From assembly GCF_000195955.2 (NCBI RefSeq), contig NC_000962.3, positions 2,340,001-2,372,000 of the forward strand: a stretch of 32,000 nt of DNA. Direction: 5' to 3'. Origin of the DNA: Mycobacterium tuberculosis H37Rv (GTDB lineage Bacteria; Actinomycetota; Actinomycetes; Mycobacteriales; Mycobacteriaceae). The translations under genes and the position numbers were made by a program. Below are positions 9,334-20,239 of the stretch, one piece after another. The notes beneath the pieces were generated by a model that did not search any database, was not told where the DNA came from, and saw only the letters and a program-made list of their open reading frames with translations. Every line of letters starts with the position of its first letter. Within the stretch, counting starts at the first letter, position 1.

Positions 9334-12054
9334 CTACCCGGCGTCAACCGCGACGACGCCGCGCCGAATGTCACCGATAGCGCGCTTTGCGGTAGCCCGC
9401 AGTTCGGGGTTGGGCGCAGCGTTACGAACTTGGTCCAGCAGATCGAGCACCTGACGGCACCAACGCACGAAATCCCCTGCCAATAACGGTGATCCGCTGC
9501 CGTTCACGTCGGCAGCGGCCAATGCCGCCGCTAGATCACCGGTTCGCGACCAGCGGTAGATGACTCTGACAAAGCCATCGTCGGGTTCGCGACTCGGGGT
9601 GATGCGGTGTGCCTGCTCGTCGGCGCGCAATGTCGTGGACAGCCTTGATGTCTGAGTCAGAGCCTGCCGTAACCGCGGTGTGGGCACATCGGCTCCGAAC
9701 GGGGCGCCCTGGCCGTCACCACCGCGCGTCTCGTAGACCACCGCCGACACCACCCCCGCCAATTCGGCCGGCTTTAAACCCTCCCACGCACCTGTACGTA
9801 GGCACTCGGCCACCAACAGGTCGCTCTCGCTGTAAATCCGCGCCAGCAGCCGGCCGTCGTCGGTGACCACGGGATCAGTGGCCGGGCCATCGATGAACTC
9901 CCGTTCGGTGAGCAGCCCGACGAATCGGTCGAACGTGCGGGCCAACGAGTTGGTGGCGGCGGCGACCTTCCTCTCTAATTGCGCGTTGTCGCGTTCGATG
10001 CGTAAGTAACGCTCGGCCTGGCGGATCTGGTCCTCGAGCCCGGGCGAGGTATGCACCGGATGACGGCGCAATTGTTCGCGCGACGACTCCAGCTCCGGAT
10101 CGTGAAACCCGCCGGCCTCGCTGACGCGCCGGGCGGCTGGAATAACCAGACCCGCGGCTGCCGATCGCAGCGCCGAGGCCAGGTCACGCCGGACCCGCGG
10201 CTGGCGGTGCTCCACCCGCTTGGGCAGCGTCATCGACCCCACCGGCGTCGTGCCCGAGTAGTCGGCCGAGGAGATCCGTCCCGCCCATCGGTGTTCGGTT
10301 AGCACCAGCGGACGCGGGTCGTCGCGGTCGCGGGCTGATTCCAGGACGACGGCCAGACCACCGCGGCGGCCGTGGGTGATGGTGATGATGTCACCGCGGC
10401 GCAGCGCGGCCAGCGCATCGGTGGCCGCCTGCCGTCGCTGTAACCGCGACGCGCGGGCCTGCGCACGTTCCAGCTCGGACACCCGCGCGCGCAATCGAGC
10501 GTATTCGAGGATGGGCGCATCAGATCCGCCCAGTTCGGCTGCGATCTCGCCGAGTATCCTGTTGCCCCGCTCAATTCCGCGGACCAGTCCGACCACGGAT
10601 CGGTCGGCCTGATATTGGGCGAACGACTGCTCGAGCAGTCGGTGCGCCTGTTGCGGACCCATCCGGTGCACCAGGTTGATCGTCATGTTGTACGACGGGG
10701 CAAACGAGCTGCGCAGCGGAAAGGTGCGGGTGGAGGCCAGGCCCGCCACCTCGGACGGTTCAATTTCCGGGTGCCAGATCACCACCGCGTGACCCTCGAC
10801 GTCGATACCGCGCCGGCCGGCGCGACCGGTCAGTTGGGTGTACTCCCCCGGCGTCAGCGGCATGTGCTGCTCACCGTTGAACTTCACCAGCCGCTCCAGC
10901 ACCACCGTGCGGGCCGGCATGTTGATACCGAGCGCCAGAGTCTCGGTGGCGAATACAGCCTTGACCAAACCGGCGGTGAACAGCTCCTCCACCGTGTGCC
11001 GGAAGGCCGGCAACATGCCCGCGTGGTGGGCGGCCAGACCGCGCAGTAACCCTTCCCGCCATTCGTAGTAGCCGAGTACCGCCAGGTCGGAGTCGGCCAG
11101 GTCACCGCAGCGGTGGTCGATCACCTCGGCGATCCGTGCGCGCTCCTCTTCGCTGGTCAACCGCAGCGGTGACCGCAGGCATTGGGTGACCGCGGCGTCA
11201 CAACCGGCCCGGGAGAACACGAAGGTGATCGCCGGCAACAGCCCTTCAGCGTCGAGTTTGGCGATCACCTCGGGTCGGCCGGGTGGCCGGTAGAAGCCGG
11301 GCCGGCCCGAGCCTCGGCGCCGAGGCTGCCAATCGGCCATCCGGTCGGCCTCACGGCGATGCGCGATGTGGCGCAGCAACTCGCGGTTGACTTGGGGCTG
11401 CCCTTCGGCTTCGCCGATCCGGTAATCGAACAGGTCGAACATGCGCTTGCCCACCAAGACGTGTTGCCACAACGGCACCGGCCGATGCTCGTCGACCACC
11501 ACCGTGGTGTCGCCCCGCACCGTCTGGATCCAACCGCCGAACTCCTCGGCGTTGCTCACCGTCGCCGACAGGCTGACCACCCGCACGTCGTCGGGCAGTT
11601 GCAGGATCACCTCCTCCCACACCGGACCCCGCATCCGGTCGGCGAGGAAATGCACCTCATCCATCACCACATAGGAAAGCCCCTGCAGCGCAGGCGAATC
11701 CGCGTAGAGCATGTTGCGCAGCACTTCGGTGGTCATCACCACCACCGGCGCGTTGCCGTTGACCGACAGGTCACCGGTCAGCAGCCCGATCTGGTCACGG
11801 CCGTAGCGTGCTGTGAGATCGGTGTGCTTTTGGTTGCTCAGGGCTTTCAGCGGCGTGGTGTAGAAACATTTACTGCCGGCCGCCAGCGCCAGGTGCACGG
11901 CGAACTCGCCGACCACCGTCTTGCCAGCGCCGGTCGGCGCGCACACCAGCACACCGTGGCCGCGTTCCAGCGCGCTGCAAGCCCGCTGCTGAAAGTCGTC
12001 GAGCGAGAACGGTAGTTCCGCGGTGAACCGGTCCAGCTCGGCCAGCTCAGTCAC
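9334..12054 (-). CDS. helY: Ski2-like DExH-box helicase HelY (906 aa)
   Basis: Motifs CAPTGAGKT (I), VVMDEVHF (II), SATVSN (III) and QLTGRAGRRG (VI), plus a long C-terminal Ski2/DSHCT-like region. Confidence 0.95.
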   Translation of the reverse strand: MTELAELDRFTAELPFSLDDFQQRACSALERGHGVLVCAPTGAGKTVVGEFAVHLALAAGSKCFYTTPLKALSNQKHTDLTARYGRDQIGLLTGDLSVNGNAPVVVMTTEVLRNMLYADSPALQGLSYVVMDEVHFLADRMRGPVWEEVILQLPDDVRVVSLSATVSNAEEFGGWIQTVRGDTTVVVDEHRPVPLWQHVLVGKRMFDLFDYRIGEAEGQPQVNRELLRHIAHRREADRMADWQPRRRGSGRPGFYRPPGRPEVIAKLDAEGLLPAITFVFSRAGCDAAVTQCLRSPLRLTSEEERARIAEVIDHRCGDLADSDLAVLGYYEWREGLLRGLAAHHAGMLPAFRHTVEELFTAGLVKAVFATETLALGINMPARTVVLERLVKFNGEQHMPLTPGEYTQLTGRAGRRGIDVEGHAVVIWHPEIEPSEVAGLASTRTFPLRSSFAPSYNMTINLVHRMGPQQAHRLLEQSFAQYQADRSVVGLVRGIERGNRILGEIAAELGGSDAPILEYARLRARVSELERAQARASRLQRRQAATDALAALRRGDIITITHGRRGGLAVVLESARDRDDPRPLVLTEHRWAGRISSADYSGTTPVGSMTLPKRVEHRQPRVRRDLASALRSAAAGLVIPAARRVSEAGGFHDPELESSREQLRRHPVHTSPGLEDQIRQAERYLRIERDNAQLERKVAAATNSLARTFDRFVGLLTEREFIDGPATDPVVTDDGRLLARIYSESDLLVAECLRTGAWEGLKPAELAGVVSAVVYETRGGDGQGAPFGADVPTPRLRQALTQTSRLSTTLRADEQAHRITPSREPDDGFVRVIYRWSRTGDLAAALAAADVNGSGSPLLAGDFVRWCRQVLDLLDQVRNAAPNPELRATAKRAIGDIRRGVVAVDAG

Positions 12055-12102
12055 GTCGCCGCCGCCTCGCCAGTTGACCGCGCCCGCTCGCGGCTAGCGG
12101 GC

Positions 12103-13297
<1,195 letters not shown>

Positions 13298-13364
13298 TTT
13301 GATTACCTCCAGACGTTGACCCGATGCTACCGCAGCGGCCGCGGCACCCGGAGATTTCGCGCCG

Positions 13365-14315
13365 TCACGGCGGCGCAGCTGCCTGGTATGCATCCAGCGC
13401 GGCCGTCGCGGCGTCGCGAACCCGCTGAGCGAGCGACTCCGGCGCCAGAACGCGCACGTCCGAACCGAAGCCCAGCAATAGGCGCGTCATCCAATCCTCA
13501 GAGGCGTAGGTCATGGCCACCTCACAGGAGCCGTCCGGCAGCTGTCGTAGCTCCCGAATCGGGTAGTACTCCAGCATCCACGAGGCCGACGGTGCCACCC
13601 GCAACGTCGCCGACGGCAGCGATAGGTCACCGTCGAACAGCGACGTGTCCGGTGGCGCCTGCCGTGCCGATTCCGGCGGAACCGCGGGCTCGCCCAACTC
13701 GGCGGCATCGACAATCCGGTCGAAACGGAACAGGCGAACCCCTTCGGCCTCACGCGACCAGGCCTCCAAATAGCTGTGCCCGCCGATCAACAGCACCCGG
13801 ATGGGATCCACGATCCGAGTGGTGAGGGTGTCATGCGACGCGGCGTAATAGTCGATGGTCAGCGCCCGACTGTTCCGCACCGCGGCCCGTACGGCCGCGG
13901 CGGCCGGGCTTTCTGTGGGTGCCTGTTCGGCAACGGCGGCCACCGCGCCGGCCGCGGCGGCGATCTTGGCGATGGCGCTGCGCGCCGCCTGCGGGTCAAC
14001 CACGCCGGGAATGTCCGCTAGCGCCCGCAACGCCACCAGCAGCCCGGTGGCCTCCGGCGATGTGAGCTTTAACGGCCGGTCGATGCCCGCCGAGAACGTC
14101 ACCTCGATGGTGTCACCGCAGAATTCGAAGTCGATGAGGTCACCCGGGGAATAGCCCGGAAGGCCGCACATCCACAGCTGGTTGAGGTCCTCCTCCAGCT
14201 GCTTGGCGGTGACACCCAGCTCGGCGGCGGCCTCGGCGCGGGTGATCCGGGGGTTGGCCTGGAAGTACGGCACCATGTTGAGCAGCCGCACCAGCCGGGT
14301 GGACAGGGCGCTCAT
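13365..14315 (-). CDS. pafC: PafC, HTH/WYL-domain transcriptional regulator subunit (316 aa)
   Basis: 316-aa ORF immediately after pafB. Its ATG overlaps the pafB TGA (ATGA at 14312-14315). It is a paralogue of pafB. Confidence 0.9.
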   Translation of the reverse strand: MSALSTRLVRLLNMVPYFQANPRITRAEAAAELGVTAKQLEEDLNQLWMCGLPGYSPGDLIDFEFCGDTIEVTFSAGIDRPLKLTSPEATGLLVALRALADIPGVVDPQAARSAIAKIAAAAGAVAAVAEQAPTESPAAAAVRAAVRNSRALTIDYYAASHDTLTTRIVDPIRVLLIGGHSYLEAWSREAEGVRLFRFDRIVDAAELGEPAVPPESARQAPPDTSLFDGDLSLPSATLRVAPSASWMLEYYPIRELRQLPDGSCEVAMTYASEDWMTRLLLGFGSDVRVLAPESLAQRVRDAATAALDAYQAAAPP

Positions 14316-15310
14316 GCCAGTGCTCCGGCTTGCGCGCGTAGTCGGGCCAGCACATCGTCGCGCAGAGACCCGGGCTGCAGCACGATTGCGTCGGCCCCAT
14401 AGCCGGTGATCTCACGCGCCAGCCGGTCGCTGGATCGAATCTCAAGCTCGATCACCTCGCCATCGCGACCACCAAGTTGTCGCGGCCCGGCGGACCGCCC
14501 GGCACGTCGCAACGCGGTGGCCCGACCCTCGGCTACCCATACCGTGGCTTGCTCACCGGTCGGCACCTCCGTCACCTTCTGCGCCACGATGCTGCGTAGG
14601 TCCACACCGGCAGGCACGGTGGTTGCGCCGGCCGGCCCGATTGGCGTCACCTGCGCTCCGATCCGGGACAGCCGGAAGACGCGGGTTGCATCCCGGTCGC
14701 GGTCGTGGCCGACCAGATACCAGCGGCCCTTCTCGGTAACCACACCCCACGGCTCGACGGTCCGAACGGTGTACGGCTCTGCGCGCGACGATCGATGAGA
14801 GAACTGCACCACCTGCCCGGAATCGATGGCCGACAACAAGATTCCGAGAACGTCCTCAGAGCCGCGCAGTCCCGAAACGGCCGCCGCCGACGCGATGGCC
14901 ACCGGTGCCCCGGTATCCAAGGGATCGACGTCCACCCCGGCGGCCCGCAGCTTCAGCAACGCGCCCTGGGTCGCGGTGATCAACTCCGGTGACTCCCACA
15001 GCTGGGTGGCGACGGCTACCGCGGCCGCCTCATCCGGGGTCAGCTCGACAGGCGACAGGGCGTAGGCGTCGCGGTTGATGCGATAGCCCTCGGTGGGCTC
15101 CAACGCCGAGACCCTGCCGACCTCGAGCGGAATGCCGAGGTCACGCAGCTCGTTCTTGTCGCGCTCGAACATCCGGGAGAACGCCTCAACGCTGGGGCTG
15201 TCCGAATAGCCTGCCACGCTGGACCTGATCTTCTCCGCAGTGATGTAGCCACGAGTGGACAGCAAGGCTATGACGAGATTGACCAGCCGTTCGACTTTCG
15301 AGGTCGCCAT
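14312..15310 (-). CDS. pafB: PafB, HTH/WYL-domain transcriptional regulator subunit (332 aa)
   Basis: 332-aa ORF with N-terminal winged-HTH MATSKVERLVNLVIALLSTRGYITAEKIR. It starts 8 nt downstream of the pafA stop. Confidence 0.9.
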   Translation of the reverse strand: MATSKVERLVNLVIALLSTRGYITAEKIRSSVAGYSDSPSVEAFSRMFERDKNELRDLGIPLEVGRVSALEPTEGYRINRDAYALSPVELTPDEAAAVAVATQLWESPELITATQGALLKLRAAGVDVDPLDTGAPVAIASAAAVSGLRGSEDVLGILLSAIDSGQVVQFSHRSSRAEPYTVRTVEPWGVVTEKGRWYLVGHDRDRDATRVFRLSRIGAQVTPIGPAGATTVPAGVDLRSIVAQKVTEVPTGEQATVWVAEGRATALRRAGRSAGPRQLGGRDGEVIELEIRSSDRLAREITGYGADAIVLQPGSLRDDVLARLRAQAGALA

Positions 15311-15318
15311 TGGTGGTG

Positions 15319-16677
15319 CTACATGCTCGCGATCAGCCGCTTAACCCGCTCATCGACCGCCCGGAACGGGTCTTTGCACAGCACGGTGCGCTGCGCCTGG
15401 TCGTTGAGTTTGAGATGTACCCAGTCGACGGTGAAATCACGTCCCGCCTCCTGCGCGGCGCTGATGAACTCACCGCGCAGCCGGGCCCGGGTGGTCTGTG
15501 GGGGCTGATCGACGGCCTCCGCGATTTCTTCGTCGGTGGTGACGCGCGCGGCCAACCCTTTGCGCTGCAGGAGATCAAAGATCCCGCGTCCGCGCTTGAT
15601 GTCGTGGTAGGCCAGATCCAGCTGAGCGATCTTCGGGTGGGACAACTCCATGTCATAGCGGTCCTGATAACGCTGAAACAGCTTGCGTTTGATCACCCAG
15701 TCGATTTCGGTGTCGACCTTGGCGAAATCCTGGCTTTCGACGGCATCGAGTTGGCGGCCCCACAGGTCGACGACCTGCTCGATCTGCGCGTTGGGCTCCC
15801 GAGTCTGCAAGTGCTCGACTGCGCGGGTGTAGTACTCCCGCTGGATGTCCAGCGCGCTGGCCTGACGGCCTCCGGCCAACCGCACCGGCCGGCGACCGGT
15901 GACATCATGGCTAACCTCACGGATGGCGCGGATCGGGTTATCCAGGGAAAAATCACGGAAGGCGACTCCACTTTCGATCATTTCCAGCACGAGCGCCGCG
16001 GTGCCCACCTTGAGCATGGTGGTGGTCTCGGACATGTTGGAGTCGCCGACGATGACGTGCAGCCGCCGGTACTTCTCGGCGTCGGCATGTGGCTCGTCGC
16101 GGGTGTTGATAATGGGGCGGGATCGGGTCGTGGCGCTAGAGACGCCCTCCCAAATGTGTTCGGCGCGTTGGCTTAAGCAGTAGGTGGCGGCCTTGGGGGT
16201 CTGCAGCACCTTGCCGGCCCCGCAGATCAGCTGGCGGGTGACCAGGAAGGGCAGCAGCACGTCGGAGATCCGGGAGAACTCACCGGCCCGCACGATCAGG
16301 TAGTTTTCGTGGCAGCCGTAGGAGTTGCCCGCCGAATCGGTGTTGTTCTTGAACAGGTAGATGTCGCCGCCGATGCCCTCGTCGGCCAGCCGCTGCTCGG
16401 CGTCAACGAGCAGGTCTTCCAGCACCCATTCACCGGCCCGGTCATGGGTGACCAGCTGCACCAGGCTGTCGCATTCGGCGGTGGCGTACTCGGGATGACT
16501 GCCCACGTCGAGATACAGGCGCGCACCGTTACGCAGGAAGACGTTGGAGCTGCGGCCCCAGGACACCACACGGCGAAACAGGTAGCGGGCCACCTCGTCC
16601 GGGGACAGCCGACGGTGACCGTGAAATGTGCAGGTGACACCGAACTCGGTTTCGATGCCCATGATTCGACGCTGCAC
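15319..16677 (-). CDS. pafA: Pup-protein ligase PafA (452 aa)
   Basis: N-terminus [13 protein letters not shown]. Motifs [22 protein letters not shown] and YGCHENYL. Clear paralogue of the dop fragment at the right edge. Confidence 0.95.
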
Positions 16678-16728
16678 GTATTTGAGGGTACTGGTTGTTG
16701 GTTGGCGGCGGCGCGATAGCCACGCCCG

Positions 16729-18033
16729 TTACCCGTCCGGGCCGGACGGGCCGGGGACTCCGAACAGCAGCCCGCCGGTGCCGCCGCTGCCGCCGGGCCC
16801 CGCGGCCCCGTCCGGAGTACCGGGTCCGCCGGCGGCGCCAGCCCCACCGGCGCCACCGTCGCCGAACAAGATGGCGGTGCCGCCGTGCCCGCCGACACCG
16901 CCCGGCCCGCCGGGCGAGGTGGTGTTCATGCCGGGCCCCCCTTGGCCGGCGGCCCCGCCGGCGCCACCGTTGCCGTACCACACGCCGCCGTTGCCACCGC
17001 TGCCGCCGGGGTTGCCCGCGCCCCCGACGCCACCGCTGCTGACCGAGCCAGGCGCGCCGCTCCCGCCGCTACCGCCGGCACCACCGTTGCCGATGAGCCG
17101 CGCGCTGCCGCCGTTGCCGGCGTTGGTGGAGCCAATAAATGGCAGCCCCCCATTACCGCCGTCGCCGCCGCCGCCGCCATCGCCGTACAGCCACCCGCCG
17201 ACCCCACCGTCGCCGCCGCGACTACCTACCTGGAACAGGCGCGCACCGAGCCCTGGGTCGCCGCCGTTGCCGCCGCCGCCGCCGCCGACACCAATCAGCC
17301 CCGCGTCGCCGCCCCGGCCACCGCTGCCGCCCAACCCGGCGAAACCGTCGCTGGAGACGCCGGTACCTGCATCGCCACCGTTGCCGCCGGAACCGGCCGC
17401 CCCTCCATTGCCGTACAGCAGCCCGCCGGCGCCACCGAACTGGCCGAAGCCGCCACTGCCGCCACTGCCGCCGGCCTTGCCGCTCCCGCCGTGCCCACCG
17501 TCCCCACCGTTTCCGCCGGCACCGCCGTGACCGATCAGCCCCGCCCGTCCACCCAAACCGCCATCGCCTCCCCCGCCGCCAGCACCGAGGTCTCCCACAC
17601 CGTTGTCACCGGTACCGCCGACTCCCCCGGCACCCCCGTTGCCCAGCAGCAATCCGCCCAGGCCGCCATTGCCTCCTGCACCGCCGGGCGCACCGTTGCC
17701 GCCCCTGCCGCCGTTGCCGATCAGCCCCGCTGACCCGCCGGCTCCCCCGGCAACCCCGGGGCTCGTGCTGTCGCCACCGTTGCCGCCGTTGCCCCACAAG
17801 ATGCCGCCGTCCCCGCCGGGCTGTCCCACCGGACCACTGGCCCCGTCGGCGCCGTCGCCGACCAGCGGACGCCCCAGCAGCGTCTGGGTGGGCGCGTTCA
17901 CCGCGTTCAGCAGGTTCTGCTGCGCGTTGGCAATCTCGGCGCTCGCATATGAACCTCCACCGGCGTTAAGCAGTTGGACGAACCGGTCATGAAACGCCGC
18001 CGCCTGGGCGCTGACCGCTTGATAGCTCTGGCC
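16729..18033 (-). CDS. PE_PGRS36: PE_PGRS family protein, PGRS (Gly-Gly-Ala/Asn repeat) portion. It is separated from its PE domain by a 1-nt frameshift, so the gene is effectively split or pseudogenised.
   Basis: The ORF-track ORF 16729..17901 continues open upstream to 18069. That upstream stretch encodes the PE-domain C-half [50 protein letters not shown], with no usable start codon. Confidence 0.85.
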   Translation of the reverse strand, partial: GQSYQAVSAQAAAFHDRFVQLLNAGGGSYASAEIANAQQNLLNAVNAPTQTLLGRPLVGDGADGASGPVGQPGGDGGILWGNGGNGGDSTSPGVAGGAGGSAGLIGNGGRGGNGAPGGAGGNGGLGGLLLGNGGAGGVGGTGDNGVGDLGAGGGGGDGGLGGRAGLIGHGGAGGNGGDGGHGGSGKAGGSGGSGGFGQFGGAGGLLYGNGGAAGSGGNGGDAGTGVSSDGFAGLGGSGGRGGDAGLIGVGGGGGGNGGDPGLGARLFQVGSRGGDGGVGGWLYGDGGGGGDGGNGGLPFIGSTNAGNGGSARLIGNGGAGGSGGSGAPGSVSSGGVGGAGNPGGSGGNGGVWYGNGGAGGAAGQGGPGMNTTSPGGPGGVGGHGGTAILFGDGGAGGAGAAGGPGTPDGAAGPGGSGGTGGLLFGVPGPSGPDG

Positions 18034-18035
18034 TG

Positions 18036-18206
18036 GGCGCCAAATAGCGCCGCTATGCCCGCCGACACCTCATCGGCGGCGGGCGCCAACGCCCCCGTCG
18101 TCGGGACCGCCGCCGCCGCGTTCGCTGCCCTGATGGTCGAACGGATGGCCGCTAAATCCGTGGCCGCAGCCAGCAATGCCTCCGGGCTCGCAATCACAAA
18201 CGACAT
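18036..18206 (-). CDS. PE21: PE-domain N-terminal fragment (first 57 conserved codons; the ORF runs on 42 out-of-frame codons to 17907)
   Basis: [57 protein letters not shown] matches the PE family. The sequence then turns to non-PE sequence ([13 protein letters not shown]...). Confidence 0.85.
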
Positions 18207-18388
18207 TGCGCACCTCCCACCAACCCGCGATAACCCGGCTGCGCCGGAACCGTCGATGCGTATGGCAGGAATATCGTATTGCGATCCCCCACCCTCAGTC
18301 GGGGTGTTCGCCAGATTCGTCGCAGCTCAGCGCTGCGCCGGCGCCAGCATTGGCGATGGCTGGTGGTTAACGCGAGTGGTCGAAGGTG

Positions 18389-20041
18389 ATGGCCGGGGCA
18401 CTGTTCGAACCGTCGTTCGCCGCAGCGCACCCAGCGGGGCTTCTCAGACGACCCGTGACGCGAACCGTCGTGCTGTCGGTGGCCGCTACTAGTATCGCAC
18501 ACATGTTCGAGATATCGCTGCCGGACCCGACGGAGCTGTGCCGATCCGATGATGGCGCGCTGGTGGCCGCGATCGAGGACTGCGCTCGTGTGGAGGCGGC
18601 TGCGAGCGCCCGGCGGTTGTCGGCGATCGCCGAGCTGACCGGCCGGCGCACCGGCGCGGACCAGCGGGCCGACTGGGCGTGTGACTTCTGGGACTGCGCG
18701 GCCGCGGAGGTGGCTGCGGCGTTGACTATCAGCCACGGCAAAGCCTCCGGACAAATGCATCTGAGCCTTGCCCTGAACCGGCTGCCCCAGGTGGCGGCGT
18801 TGTTTTTGGCCGGGCATCTTGGTGCGCGGCTTTTCTCGATCATCGCCTGGCGGACCTACCTCGTTCGCGACCCGCACGCACTGAGTCTGCTCGATGCCGC
18901 CCTGGCCGAACACGCCGGCGCGTGGGGGCCGCTGTCGGCCCCCAAACTGGAAAAGGCCATCGACTCCTGGATCGATCGCTACGATCCCGGGGCGCTGCGG
19001 CGCAGCCGTATCTCGGCCCGCACCCGCGACCTATGCATCGGTGATCCCGATGAGGACGCCGGCACCGCCGCGCTGTGGGGCCGGCTGTATGCCACCGACG
19101 CCGCGATGCTGGATCGCCGGCTCACCGAGATGGCCCACGGCGTGTGCGAGGATGACCCGCGCACCCTGGCCCAGCGCCGCGCCGACGCGCTGGGCGCGCT
19201 GGCCGCCGGCGCCGACCACCTGGCGTGCGGCTGCGGCAAGCCCGACTGCCCCTCCGGTGCCGGCAACGACGAGCGGGCCGCCGGTGTGGTCATCCACGTC
19301 GTCGCCGACGCCTCAGCACTTGACGCACAACCCGACCCACACCTATCCGGCGACGAACCCCCTTCGCGGCCCCTCACCCCGGAGACGACCCTGTTCGAGG
19401 CGTTGACACCCGACCCCGAACCCGATCCCCCCGCCACCCACGCGCCGGCCGAGCTGATCACCACCGGCGGCGGTGTGGTGCCCGCGCCGCTGCTGGCCGA
19501 ACTCATCCGGGGTGGGGCCACCATCAGCCAAGTGCGCCATCCCGGCGATCTCGCAGCAGAGCCGCACTACCGGCCGTCGGCCAAGCTGGCTGAATTCGTC
19601 CGGATGCGGGATTTGACGTGCCGGTTTCCCGGGTGTGACGTGCCCGCCGAGTTTTGTGATATCGACCATTCGGCGCCCTGGCCGTTGGGGCCGACGCATC
19701 CATCAAATCTGAAGTGCGCGTGTAGAAAACACCACCTTTTGAAAACTTTCTGGACGGGCTGGCGGGATGTGCAGTTACCCGATGGCACGGTCATCTGGAC
19801 CGCGCCCAACGGCCACACCTACACTACCCATCCCGGCAGCCGCATCTTCTTTCCCACCTGGCACACCACCACCGCCGAACTACCCCAAACATCAACGGCA
19901 GCAGTCAACGTCGACGCACGCGGCCTGATGATGCCGCGACGGCGCCGGACCCGAGCCGCCGAGCTGGCCCACCGCATCAACGCCGAACGCGCCCTCAACG
20001 ACGCGTACATGGCCGAACGCAACAAGCCACCATCGTTCTGA
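18389..20041 (+). CDS. Rv2100: REP13E12-family protein: DUF222-type N-terminal region plus C-terminal HNH endonuclease domain (550 aa from ATG 18389; 512 aa from ATG 18503)
   Basis: The HNH motif is [42 protein letters not shown]. The family-typical N-terminus begins at [45 protein letters not shown]. Confidence 0.85.
18405..18420. promoter_or_regulatory. LexA (SOS) box
   Basis: TCGAACCGTCGTTCGC matches the mycobacterial SOS-box consensus TCGAAC-N4-GTTCGA at 11 of the 12 specified positions, with a perfect GAAC-N4-GTTC core. It lies 16 nt inside the longest Rv2100 ORF. Confidence 0.7.
18460..18475. promoter_or_regulatory. Second, degenerate SOS-like box (GAAC-CGTC-GTGC)
   Basis: GCGAACCGTCGTGCTG shares the 10-mer GAACCGTCGT with the first box, 55 bp downstream of it. 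It sits about 28-43 nt upstream of ATG 18503. Confidence 0.35.
18490..18495 (+). promoter_or_regulatory. Candidate -10 hexamer (TAGTAT, TANNNT class), 7 nt upstream of ATG 18503; a possible leaderless start for Rv2100
   Basis: It is the only TANNNT hexamer between the SOS box and ATG 18503. The spacing fits the mycobacterial leaderless promoter arrangement. Confidence 0.3.
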
Positions 20042-20239
20042 TGGGCGGCTATTCCCACCTCATGTCAAACACCCCTTCTGGATGTCACGCCCCTTCTGGA
20101 CACCACCGACGAGTTCTCGTGTCGCCGCACCTATCCAAGAAGACCAACCGCTACGATCGGTCGATGTCGCGGCGCCGCAGTCGACGCAGGAGAACCGCGA
20201 AACGTGCCGGCCGCTCCGTCGACAAGAGAGAAGGACTGC

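Noticed and set aside
16628-17969. Plus-strand ORFs (300, 282 and 276 aa) rich in Pro, Ala or Arg
   Set aside because: They are complements or frame-shifted readings of the GGN-rich PGRS repeats of PE_PGRS36 on the minus strand. Their low-complexity translation is forced by the repeat.
18194-18913. Minus-strand ORFs of 239 and 158 aa overlapping the Rv2100 5' region
   Set aside because: They are antisense to the DUF222/HNH gene and have no motifs. The intergenic signals (SOS box, -10) fit the + strand gene.
20042-20239. PafBC/RecA-independent DNA-damage promoter motif (TGTCRGTG-N8-TANNNT) upstream of helZ
   Set aside because: The TGTC-containing sites (TGTCAAAC, TGTCACGC, TGTCGCCG) lack both the GTG extension and a correctly spaced TANNNT.
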